Source of the DNA: Stylophora pistillata
Lineage: Eukaryota
Direction of reading: 5' to 3'
DNA length: 64,000 nt
Assembly (NCBI RefSeq): GCF_002571385.2
Contig: NW_019217788.1
Coordinates: 286,139-350,138 of the forward strand
Translations under genes and position numbers: made by a program
Notes under the pieces: model-generated
What the model was told of the DNA's origin: nothing
The model's database searches: none
What the model saw: only the letters and a program-made list of their open reading frames with translations
Part shown: positions 30,826 through 43,241 of the stretch, in pieces
How the letters are laid out: every line of letters begins with the position of its first letter
Numbering within the stretch: position 1 is the stretch's first letter

Positions 30826-33521
30826 AATTCATTGTTGAGAAGTCACGTGACGCGTCCGCCACCCTCTGATCCTCAATGGGCTCGAAATCTAAGGAATAAA
30901 CACAAACACTACCTTGGTTTACCTTATTACACAAAGAGGTAAATATCAAATTAATGGTTTGAAATTTAAGCTTTTATCCCTCAGCTAATTCTTCTCAAGC
31001 GTTAATCTTGTGGAATTTATTACCATGTATTTCTTTCAATTTAATCTGTTTACTAAAAGATCTCTTTTTCTAGGGTGTTTGCCGTTAAAAGCTCGCGCAC
31101 TTCAAGATTGAAAAGATTGTCGACATGAAAAAAAAACGGTCACTGAAAACAATAGTGATCGGCTAGAATTTTTTCGCTATAAAGCGTCGAATGGTCTCGG
31201 AAAGACGAAAACTGGGTTTATTATACGACTCTACAAAACCGTAAAATGCTATGAGACTAAATTATACAAATTTTCCATAATTCGTCACAATACAGTTGTA
31301 CGCGATAATAACTGATTTAAAAATCATTCTGTTATAATAATTGTTGCTGAACTAAGCAGTATGCCGGACGTTCAGCGATAACAAATAAAAAATCCCGTCA
31401 AATGCACAGGTTTTTCGGAACGATTTAAAAAAAATGTTTTTAACTGTATTAAGCAGGATTTTATCTCGTCTGAAACAGTAGGTATCAAAAGAAAAAAAGT
31501 TCCATCTTTTAACCTCAACGGTTTTATTTTTTAGTAACAAATATTTCTGGGTGGAATTTCCTTCTCTTTCCAACTCTTACAGACTGTAAATTAATTCTCA
31601 AACTGGATATTGTATTTTTATCAACATTTTATAGTCAAAACTGAGTTAGTAGAAAAATTGTCCGCCTCTACTACCGCTGTATTACAGGTAATAAAGTTCT
31701 TAAAAAAATTGTTAGTTTCTGCGTGTCTCAAAGAGCCAGCAAAATAAAAAATGACAGCTTGTCCGTATACTATTCCGAAGACAGTTGAAAGTGGAAACAG
31801 AGCAGTAAGGAAATAATGCTAAAGGTCTCTTGAATTTTTCTATACGAAGGTCAAAGACCATTTTAAGATCAAAAGAGAAATTTGTAGGATGTTTCTTTTT
31901 GTTTGCGTAACCCATTTGTGCGCACAGATGTTTTTTAGCTGAATAATTTACCTAACCTACCTCCAGTTCAGTTCAGATTGATTTTTCAAAAATCCGTTTT
32001 CACAAAAACTTTTTCCACCAGGGCAGTTAGAAATGAATAAGGGTTCCGAATATGAATTGATCGTGAGTGGTACCAACAACATCTTTACTATTTAATTTTA
32101 GAACATTTATTTTCGGAAAACGTAGAAACAGTGATCAATAATATTTCTTCGGATATAAATGTATATATATTTTTAATAGTTCAAAAAGTTTTAGAAGGGG
32201 AGTTAAAATAAAGCAATGTACTAATGTTTAAAACTGAGGGTGTACGAAATGTTTTGACTGCGTGAAATGTTGTGTTACAGCTTTAATAATCGTTACTTTT
32301 GCTTTCATGTTGCTAAGTGATTGAAGGATCGAATTTCGAATCATGTGAAAAGTAGATGGGCTTTTAGAAGCACGTTGGGAGTAGCTGTTAAGATTATTAA
32401 AAACGTTTAATTCTACAACGCGAGTCTTCAGTGTCACAGGGAATTGGGGCCGGCAATTAGATTCCCCACAGTACCTCTACACAAACCAGCCGTTATCCAG
32501 CTTTTTTAACCTTCCTGTGATGCAAGGCAGATGCAAGACCAGCTGCTTTTGAACGTCGTAGAGGGCAAAACGCAACGAGAGCCAAAGTGTGTGAGACAGG
32601 ACGGGGTTTAGAGCGACGATGAAATGGGAACGACTTAAAATGATCATCATAACAAATAAGACAATTAGTAGTTTTATTGAAAACAATACTCTAATTTGAT
32701 ATCATTCATTGCCAAAGCGTTTACAAACTTCTAAATAGGTTGATATGGTAACCAAAAATAACAACTTTCCTGTGTGCTTGCTGGTTCTCCATGTTAATTT
32801 ATCACGAAACATCCTTTAACACTTATCTTAAACACTTATAGTTTGAGTTGATCTCGTTTAGAAATTGATACAATGTGAACAACAGATCATGACACTATGC
32901 AGCGGTTAGACAGCAACGCCGTCTGTTACGTTTGCCACAACCTTAGATCAGAGATGCCGAAGTGTAACGTAAATGTACTATTGGCTACCTTTTCATCAGT
33001 GACAGCCATATTTTATTTCTGTCCAGTTCAGAGTTAATGGTGTTTTCTCCTACTTTATCCACTGTAAGTTTATTTATTCATTTGTCGGCGGTACATCAAT
33101 CAGTCTAGCAGAGTTTCAGTTTAACGACAAGGTATCCTGTGCAAGGTAAACGATTCAAAGTTTAAGATTGAGAACGTAACGTTAGGATTGTAGAAGGCTA
33201 TGGTTCTCCTAAAATAGACTCGCCAATTCAAAAAAATCTCGTGTTATAACCAACTATTATAACCACTCCAGAGAATGTGTAGTGCTTTCCCTTCCCAGTA
33301 GGATCGAAAGATGGGTGTTCAGTCGTCGAGCGATCACGGAAATAAATTCCTCAAACTTTTTCCCAAAAGAACCTGGAATAACTAAGATATCTCTTATGAT
33401 ACATTTCTTGGATATAAAGGCCACTTTCGCATTATTGGTGATCCATACCCGGGATAGGGATTTGGCAAGCAAATAGGTAAGGTGCAATATGAAACATGCA
33501 GTATTTCATGATTGTCAAAAG

Positions 33522-36500
33522 TTACGAAATGAAATTCTTCCTGACTCTCGCAGCCAACAATAGACACGTTATGAACGAAACCACAATAGCCGTAAACAAA
33601 ACAATTAAAAATACTCTGTCTAAAACCATGGCAGCTCTTTTCCACTCTTCTGTATTTGCCCTCTGCGTGCTTTCTCTTTCAAAACACTCCGAAATAGAAT
33701 CCAAACCATCAATAGCAGTGGTTATGTCATCTAAAACAAAAATATGAAAATCCAGGGTGACTGGCGAGTCATATATTACATGTAAGTAGAAAGTGATTTA
33801 CTGCCCTACTAACTGACTTTTTGCTAGACTGGCTGGCTATTAGTGGGCTGGTTGGCTAACCAATTTACTAACTGACCGGCTGACTGACTGATTGTCTTCC
33901 TGGCTGACTGGCTGACTGAATGACTGTCTGACTGACCGACTGAATGATTGATTAACTGACTCTGTGACTGACTAGCTGAGCAACCGACCGAGTGACAGAT
34001 TGCGGACCTATTGACTGACACACCACTCCGACGCCGAACTACCCAATGGTCTTCCTTTCAACTTAAGGGTTGTATGACTATAAACAATATAAATCATTCC
34101 CTGAAACAAAAATCTACAACGCCAGTCTATAGCGCTTTGTCTCACCTGCATCTGAATCTTTGGTATCTGATCCGCTGTTAAACCCTCTTAACTGATCTAC
34201 CTCTTCTTGTAGACGTCCTGAAATGTTCTCGCTATCGTTGGCATTGTCATCCAATGACTCATCCCACGATACCTGAGTGAACCAAGATGATCCCGCTGAA
34301 CAAATCAGAGTGTGCTCGGTACGTTTTACCGCTGACTCACCGTCTTGTATTTTGGTTGCTCTTCGTTTGACAACTTTTCTTGACTCGCTTTTCTCGCAAG
34401 TAAAAGAAACCTTTTTGCAATCTTCGGTTAGGCTTTCACCTCTTACAAATTCAGCTTCAATTGACTCATTATAGGTGGCCATAACAGCTTTGACATTCTC
34501 GTCCGATCTGACAGAGGAAACACTCGAAATGCTACTGCTGTATTCGAAAGATGAACCAACTGACACCAGTTTAAGGTGACCTCCCTGGTCTACCTGACCT
34601 GCTGCAGAAATCCGGGGGAGTGTGCCATGACTGTCACTAGTAATGATCAGGGGTGGGTCTTGGATTGAATGGGCTTGTCCATCATCTTTGTGACATTCCT
34701 CATGAGTTTTGTCCTTTCTGGTATCCACATGTACATCTGGCTTCAAATTCAAATCTACGGATGGGAGAAATTAAAACGAAATTGCCCCCTTGTATGAAAT
34801 AACTGATGATGAAATATACTTGCTTGTATGTGTTCCGTTGTTCGTGTGCTTTCAATAAATAGCATCCTCTGTAGGCGATATGTGGAAAATTTAAATTCTT
34901 TCATATATCTGTTCGTGGAAAATATGAGCTTTGTTGGAGAAATAATAATCATGTAATGTGATTCATTGGATAAGATCATGTAACACTCTCTAGGGAATTA
35001 CAGGTGCTCTCCTATCGCATCATCTAACTATTACCCTCGCAGTTTCGTTGTTCGTTCTTTAGTCGCTGTTGTAACCTTTCTTCGGATTGGAATAAAGATG
35101 AATTTCTTAATAAGCTTTGGGAACGTGCTTGTCGAATTTACATACCTGTTTGTAAAGGATGAACCTTTGATCGTGCACGAGCTCGAGAGCGTTTTACGCG
35201 TCTACAAGGACTTGTAAAGAGTACTGGTTGTAGCCGTTGTAATATGAAGTTCTAAGAAAGATAAAATTAGATTTGATTGTTACAGTTACCAAAATGGATT
35301 TCCATGCCCTTGGTTTTACTTTAATTTGGAAGGTAATTTTCTTTTAATTTTCTTAAATACTCAAAGATCCTCTTTACCGCTATGACCGATTTTGTTCTCT
35401 TGAACTCTGGATAATCTGAGCCGGGGGGGAAGGGAAACAATTTTCTCAACCACCAATAATCACGAGCAAAAACTGTTGAGACGATTTATTTACTTGTGAA
35501 AGCTTTGCTTCTAAAAGCGTTATTACCTGACATTAAGGAGGTAGGGAAAATAAGGCATTAACATTGAAATGGGGAAAGTTGGCAGGATAGGTAAGATAAA
35601 TGAGCTTGGGTTGAAAATAGGCGTACATTCGGCATAGCTGCCTCAACAGTTTTCAATCTCGTTCCCAGGGCTTTTCCCTTTTTGAATATTTTGGCGGGCG
35701 GGAAATTTTCCCGCCCGCCAAAATATTCAAAAAGGGAAAAGCCCTGGGAACGAGATTGAACAGTTTTGTCAACGATTGTGGATTGTCCTTGAGAGTACCC
35801 AAGTTGTTCCAGACGTTATCGGTTTTTCGTACCTTAAAACGAATAAACAGGGAAGCATGGTGCAACTCTATACCGGACGAGTTCATGAAATAAACAGCAT
35901 ACACTAAACATGTTGTACACATGGCCAACACAAGGATTATTATTGCGCAGCCGTAGAACTTTGTCAAAAGAGGGAAAGCTGTTGAAGTGTTTGGCATCTT
36001 TGAGTTTAACAGCAGGAGATACACAGATAAGCACAGAAGAAGGTTTATACCGGCTTCTGAAATAACAATGTCAACAAATATAGTAATATTTATAATAAAG
36101 CTAATAAAATGACACTCAACAAAGCTATTAGTACAGGACAAATAATTAAATAATTCTCAACCGGGATCCAGTCCCTTCCTCTGTACAAATGATCAAGCTG
36201 GCTAGTATTTTGTGAAAGAGTCTTTAGCTCCTCGCTGGAAAGTGCTTTATAGAGGGTTCTCTGTAGTGAATATTATATTGGGTCACTATTCTGTTTGGAG
36301 TTACCCCTGACCTCGATCTCCAAGTAATATCTGCGAATGCATCGTTGGTTTTTCTTTGCTTATCTTCAATCACTCGTTTGTTTGCGTGTTATTCTTCTGA
36401 CGTTTATTGGAGGGGATGGAAAATATTTCCCTTCTTTCGCAATTCAATAACATAACACCCTTAACTTGATTCAAGGTCTATTGAAACAAAGTCTATTAAA

Positions 36501-38946
36501 ACGAAAACAATTCTCACCCATTCGCTTTCCAACTTCAGGTGGGATTAGAAACAGTAACAAAGATAAAACCAAAATAACTACTGACGGAATGAGGTAGTTG
36601 ACAACATAGAACAGTGATTTTCGCCTGACCATTATGGTATACACCACGAGCGAAAAATCATTTTCTTGAAAAAGGTATTGCTGCATGCGTACTTCAGGAG
36701 ATATTTGAAGCACTTCCCATTTGCTGTTTTTTACAAAGTGCGTCATGTCGAATCCTCCACCGCGCAAGTCCAGCCTCAGAAGGCTGGAGTCCATAGTCCA
36801 TGAACCAAATGTCAATTGGCAAGTCTGATCATCAAAAGGAAAGTCGGCAATATTTGACGCGCATGCGCTACGGATGATCGTTGGCTGAGAGAAGAAGATA
36901 TCACCGCTGCTGGAAACGATAAGGCTCATGGGAAGACCGTCATCGCTTGATAAACCAAAGTCTCTGACGGCACCAACTCTAAAAAAACAAAATATGGAAG
37001 GATAAGGACAGAAAGATTCAACCCATTGCTCAGAGCAAATCCCGTGATTTCCTATGAACTGTACTCACGCATTATAAAGAACCATGTCTGGGGTCCAGAC
37101 CTCCTCAAAATCTAAGGTAAGAGATGTGATATTGTGTTGTGATGCGTTCCATCGTAAGCGGTCGTCCATCCAGAACTAAAGTTAGATTGGAAATGAAAGA
37201 AGACATTAGGAAGAATTTTTTCGATCTCAGTCATTTGTAATTCCAGCCAATCATGTTGTCTTGAAGAGCAAAACAAAATTCTGTTATGTTGAAGGACGAC
37301 AGCGGAAAAAATAATTGAAAAGGAATATGACATACGTTGATAACGAAATGATCATTTAAAACTGTCTCATTCATTTATTCATTGTGTAGGCAGTGTGTCA
37401 GGAAGGAAAAATAAAAAAGTACTACATGACTTTCACTTCACAATCACAACGAAATCAGATCGAATGACAGCAAATTGTGGGATCCTTTGGAGTTGTTTTC
37501 GACTGAGGACCCTCAAACAAACAGTTTAAGTTTGAATTCCTCGCTTGTTATTAAGTATCTTATTATTACACTATTACCAAAGACATACTCACCACTCGAA
37601 GCCAAATTGTTAAACCGATTTCCTCCTTCTTCGGATCCTTAATTCAAAATATATAGCGGCAATATACATTAGTCTCACTTGGTAAATTATTCAAATTGAT
37701 CCCAAGACAACTTTAGCAACATTTGCAAATCCTGAATAAAAGCTATTCCTGAGGAGACTGAAATTCAGTATTGAAAAACTAGGCAAAGAGAGCAATGAAT
37801 TTAATGTTAATGCATTTATACAAGGGAATTTCTTTCACAATTTCCCGAACATTACAATAAAACGTTTTAATTTTGGATGTGACTAGTATTAGTTATTAAT
37901 GCTTTAAAGCCGAACCAATGAGTCAAAAGGACGTAATTTGGAGACATATTGAAAAAAATTGAACTTAACTGATGTTTTTACGGCTAAATCCCAGTCGGTT
38001 TTACTTACCACTTCATCAAGATTAGAAACAACCAAGTTGAGAGAGATGTTTACTGGAGTCGACGGACGCTGGTTCTTGCAGTAGTTTACAAACAAGATTT
38101 GTCGCAGCCTCTTTTCATTCTTGTTGCCTTTCCTGAGCGAACAATCTGCACCTTTTTAAAGATAGTTTCCTTTCGTTGTTATTCCGCCTGGCTAAACAAT
38201 ACTTTCCATTTTTTTGCCGAGGTCGAGATTTTCTAATATACGAACAGTGGGCGCGCGCGAACTCTAAGTTATTTTGGCGGAAAAAACGTAGGTCACAAAC
38301 TGAAAACGCAATAGCCGTCGTTATATATGACAAGCAGTTACGAATTAGGGTTTCGACAAAAAAGAACCTGCTGAAACGTTAGAAGTTTTATGATGTTTCC
38401 AAAAGTTAACACTTTAATTACGTTCAATGGAAATTATTATGTGACCTACGTTGTTTAAAAAGGGCGCAATAGCCGAAGCTTCATGAAGTGTAAATCTATG
38501 TTCAGAGTATAACACTAAAAACTTTTTAAATTCGAATGTCGCATGCGATGTCAAAACTTGTCCAGAAGGGAAAAGGTTTCTATTTTTTTTTTCTAGAGTT
38601 CTGAACATTTCCAATCCATTAATTGAAAAAGGGGAACCTAGAACATACCGCCAACCGCTAAATATTCATCAGTTCTAACATTTATAACACACTGAAAAAT
38701 ATTTTTAACAATTATAACAATGTTTACGACCGTGAACGTGTGCAGAAGGTACTTCCTCAACACCAGAGAAACAAATTTAATAAATGACTGTCAAATCATA
38801 TCAGTTATCACTAACAGGCCTAAGTTTTATCCTCAATAGGTTAATACCCTCACAATGGACATTTCATGTAAGATACCTTGATCGCCAAGTGTGGCCACAA
38901 TGAGACCAAAGACAGTTACGCTCAAAATGACTGAATTTTCCTTCAT
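33522..38946 (-). CDS. Cys-loop ligand-gated ion channel, nicotinic-receptor-like, non-alpha subunit (9 coding exons)
   Basis: Signal exon MKENSVILSVTVFGLIVATLG, then EKRLRQILF..Y....RP, W.DDRLRW, VWTPDMVLYN, Cys-loop CASNIADFPFDDQTC, FGSWT, RRKSLFYVVNYLIP, M1-M3, MX exon (35146-35251), a long loop exon, and EEWKRAAMVLDRVFL with M4. Loop C has no vicinal CC. Splice phases are consistent. Confidence 0.9.
33825..34020. repeat. Degenerate (GACT/GGCT)n tetranucleotide satellite in an intron
   Basis: Runs of gactgactg/ggctggct. Confidence 0.8.
35654..35758. mobile_element. 105-bp perfectly palindromic MITE with a 9-bp TSD (Mutator-like TSD length)
   Basis: 52-bp arms are exact reverse complements around one central T, flanked by the direct repeat AACAGTTTT at 35645-35653 and 35759-35767. 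Confidence 0.92.
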
Positions 38947-39466
38947 TGCAAACTTTGCTGAGGATTTAAGCGCAGCATGTAAAAGGAGCACTCTTTCATT
39001 TAGATCCACAGAATGAAATTCCGTTCTCAGGTTTAACTGGTTAGAAGGATACCTGCTTTATGTGGCATCACCGACTAAATGACGTATGACAGGTGCCTCA
39101 TTATGTCAACCTCGTATGCCACACTAATGGAGAGCGCTATGAAACTCTAACAAATAAAAATAGCATAAATTAGTGGGAAAATGGACTATTTCTGGGCATG
39201 AGACGAAAGAGCCAAAATTGATTTTGAACATTTTTAGGTGTTTCACAGGTTTTTATGTTTTTCAAGAGGAACAGCAAACACTGCATTAGATCCTTTAAAT
39301 TTTTATCCGCTTTCGTCTTCAAATCCACTGAGAAATGCAAAAGCAGTCCAAAAAGGAAACACATTTTACGATTTGATGATTGTAAATTATATTAAAATAG
39401 AACTATCTGCAAATCTCACTTATGATTGTGAACATTTCAAATTCTTAAATCAGAGAAAAAAAAATT

Positions 39467-39949
39467 AACAGTCTGGTCGCCTCTACTTGGGACAGTATGG
39501 AGTGTATGTCTCGCGAGGTCTTGCGTGATCTCGCGAGGTATTCGAGACTCTCTTGTGTGGTCCTCTGTATCACTTGACTCACACTGAAGTACATTTTCCC
39601 ACTTATTTGCTGATTAGAAAAAATAAATTGAACAGTTTCACCGCCTTTATTTGGGACAGTACAGAGTGTCTGTCTCGCGAGGTCTTGCGTGATCTCGCCA
39701 GGTATTCGAGACTCTTGTGTGGTCCTATGTATCACTTAACTCACACTGAAGTACATTTTCTTACTTATTTGCTGATTAGAAAAAAGAAATTGAACAGTTT
39801 CACCGCCTTTATTTGGGACAGTATGGAGTGTCTTTCTCGCGAGGTCTTGCGTAATCTCGCGAGGTATTCGAAACTCTTTTGTGTGGTCCTCTGCATCACT
39901 TACTTCACATTAAAGTACTTTTTCTCGTTTATTTGCTGATTAGAAAAGT
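39467..39949. repeat. Tandem repeat, 3 x about 163 bp
   Basis: Units start at about 39467, 39631 and 39793, each containing 'ttgggacagta...tctcgcgaggtcttgcgtgatctcgcgaggtattcgagactc...ttatttgctgattagaaaa'. Confidence 0.9.
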
Positions 39950-41138
39950 AAAGTACACTACGGTTTCGTCAGATTTTCGGATCTCATCCACTCTACAGGT
40001 ACTTGGAGTCATCGAGCAGAAACTTTCCACAGAATTTCGACCGGGTCAACCCAAAATTGATTTAGTACGAGCACGACTCCTTTTGCAAAACACGTGTTAT
40101 ACATATGATTGCATTGATACTGATATGATCAAGAGTTCTAGAATCTACCATGCAATAAAAATGTGGATTATTACTGTCAATTGACGTCAAAACACTGATA
40201 AATTTAGGAGGCAATTTCAGTGAATGTGAGCTCTAATGAAACATTCCGTTCCTAAACTTCGTCAGTTTATCACTACTAGACATCAGGAGATCAAACATCG
40301 GTGCATTGCTCTCCTTCAAACACATTTCCATGTTTTAGTTACTTGCGATCCAAATTCCTGATTTTCCAGGGCAGGGGATGCAAGTTATTTGAACGCAGAC
40401 TTAAAATCTTGATCTTGAATCAAATATTATTAGTTGTCCTCTTTGAACGTGCTACATTAGGCAACAGACCGAACAGCTTGATATAAAACGAAAAGGTTAA
40501 AGGTTATTTATACATAAAGAAGATAACAATTCTATGGAAATACTTTGTGACGTCGGTGATGACTAAGAAGTTAATTAAGTACGATCTCAGTAGTAATGAG
40601 TCCGAAACATTTTCTATTCCTGCAAAGGTTAGTGATCTTCATTGGACCTGTTGAGTAATCGAGTTACCCCAGAAAGGGATATTCTTGCTCAGCGATGATC
40701 GCATAACACTTTAGACATTTGTATCCCCATAAAATTATTCTAACAGTAGGATATTTCAATTATGTTGTTTACGATCACTTAGGATCTTAAGAGCTCACTA
40801 CCGCTTTATGTTGAAAAAACCTCGTGAAAGGAGTGTAGACTCAACACTGACTCCCCTATCGATTACCATTGAAGTACGCATCATACATTATTAGAGTCAG
40901 GTAAGAATTTTTCTCGGTGCAAGCTTTACAAAAACCGGTCATTCTTGAGCCTTAATCTATTCATATATCATGCCAAAAAAAAAATCAATCATCTGCGTCG
41001 CGTGACTAATTATTCTAGAAATCAGCAGCTCTGTTAAAATGACCGCTTAAATAACAACATTGTAAGATACAAGCCGATCAGTCTTACCGAACTCAGAACA
41101 CCTGTGTCACGTCTGCCTTTTCTCATCAAAACAACAAC

Positions 41139-43241
41139 ATGCTTCATTTATACGGACAAGGATTACCCAAGACAGCGCCGAAAAGAAGGGGACGGAGAGC
41201 AATCAGCTTGACGCAGCCCCAAATACTTAATCGCTTTGGAGAGCCTTCAAAACACTCGATCATTCAACCATACCGAAGCAAAAAGAGGAAAGTGAGTGAT
41301 CGAAATGATGGAATTACAGTGAACGTCAGTGGAAAGAAATACTTCTTCACTGGAAGGTTGTTATCTCTATTTCCCAACAGTCTACTGGCGCATCGAAGAA
41401 AACGAGCTTTTTTCTACGACTCTATACGTGACGAACTGTTCTTCGACAGGAATCGAACAGCGTTCGAAACTGTGTTCCATTTCTACGTGTCAAAGGGACA
41501 ATTGATGTTTCCCGACGAAAACTTCCCGGAACAGCTTCTGGCAGATGAGCTTCACTTCTTTGGGTTATACGAGTACATTAATGAAGATATCAAAACGACA
41601 AAATTAGCCTTGCCAAGTGCTTTGACCAAAAGACAAGTTATTCCTTTCAGAAAGTGTCAAAAAGAAGTATGGAAGATCTGTGAAATTCCTGATTCAAACG
41701 CAGTTGCTAGGTTGGTTAACCTGTTCTCTTTACTCGTCATTCTCTGTTCAGCTATATTCCTATGTGTTGATACTCTCCCTGCCTTCCCGAACAACAAACC
41801 TGTGACCCTGGCATCGAATGCTGCATCAAACACATCAAAGCACTCGAGTTATCATTACCACTCCACAAAAACACAAAAAATCCAGATCGTTCATATCTTG
41901 GAGACTTCTTGTATTTCATGGTTTACTTTGGAACTCATTGTACGATTTTCCGTTTCTCCAGAAAAAAGAAGGTTTTTCTTTCAAGCTTTGAACGTCATCG
42001 ACTTAATAGCCATTGTTCCATTCTTCATCTCGTTTTTTATTTCCTTTGGATCTATTCGCCTATCATTGTACATTTTGCGTATTCTCCGTTTATCAAGAGT
42101 TTTTAGAGTATTAAAAATATCTCGATATGTTACTACCATGAAAGTACTGGGAAAGACTGTCAAGGACAGTATTGGCGACCTCTGGACAATGTTATTTCTA
42201 AACTTAATTGGAACTGTACTCTTTGGGAGCATAGCTTACTATTGTGAACAGTGGCACGAGGGGACTAAGTTTGAGAGTATCCCGTTGAGCTGCTGGTGGG
42301 CTATGGTTACCATAACAACGCTCGGTTATGGGGACATGGATCCTAAAACACTTGGTAAGCATGAAATGTCACTCACGGGTCTGTTTCTAAATTTTTGTAG
42401 CGTTGTCTTCTAAATGTTCTTCCGCCGTTTTAGTTGCTTTCCTATCACAGTGAGACTTAGAAAACCGCGAATACTTTGGTTTGAATCTGGCAGGTCAAAT
42501 GTGTACTGGCCGATCTTGATTAAGTGCAACGCATGCGCTCAAACCCCTAAACCACAAACTAATTACTTTTGCTGTTTGTGATTAGTTTCCTCGTGCCTGA
42601 TTGACTTTATCTTTGAAACTATCATTTTACACCCGAACAATACTTTTAAATTACGGGACGATTATCTCATTAAGTATCCAAATATTCCCTACTTTCCCTT
42701 CGAATTAGCAAGAATACATGGCGCCTTATCAAACAAAGACCTTTTTTTATAACCCGTTTTCTAAATGTATTGATATCGTTGGGAGATAAGGGTAAAAGGC
42801 TGAGGGAGACGAAGTGTCTCTTTTACACATCGAGCCATGTTAAGGACACTTGCTCATTTTCACCATGACAACTTCACTATCACAGGCAATTAAATTGGCT
42901 TTGTAATTAATAAACACACCTAGCCCTGACTCTATTACATTGACGGATTGGTACACAGACAGACAATGCTAACAATTCTTTGATGTTTTCTAACAGGAGG
43001 CAAGATAACGGGTGGTGTCTGTTCAGTGTCTGGAGCTCTACTCATCACACCCTTCTTACCAATCATCTTTGAAAAGTTTAACCGGTATCAGAAGCACGAG
43101 GAGTTCAAACCGAAAAGTACTGGGTTAGACCTGCGGGATAGACAAAGAAAAAGGGCTTACACGGTTGACTACACAACGCACGCGCAATCCCATGTAAACG
43201 AACTGCTGACCAGAAAAAGGCAGAGGAGATTCACCATCTGA
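41139..43241 (+). CDS. Voltage-gated K+ channel, Shaker-family (Kv1-like), probable regulatory/silent subunit (exons 41139-42354, 42997-43241)
   Basis: T1 domain (ITVNVSG, FPNSLL, ELFFDRNRTAFETVFHFY), S4 LRILRLSRVFRVLKISRY, pore WWAMVTITTLGYGDMDP, S6 GGVCSVSGALLITPFLPII; phase-1 GT-AG intron. Confidence 0.92.

Noticed and set aside
35290-35526. Exon-like segment in the Cys-loop gene that would imply a frameshift and stop (pseudogene)
   Set aside because: The next segment (35146-35251, NFILQRLQPVLF...) splices in phase and supplies the MX helix, so the gene is intact and this stretch is intronic.
39467-39949. Regularly spaced repeats resembling a CRISPR-like array
   Set aside because: Whole ~163-bp units are repeated with no unique spacers, the context is eukaryotic, and there are no cas genes.
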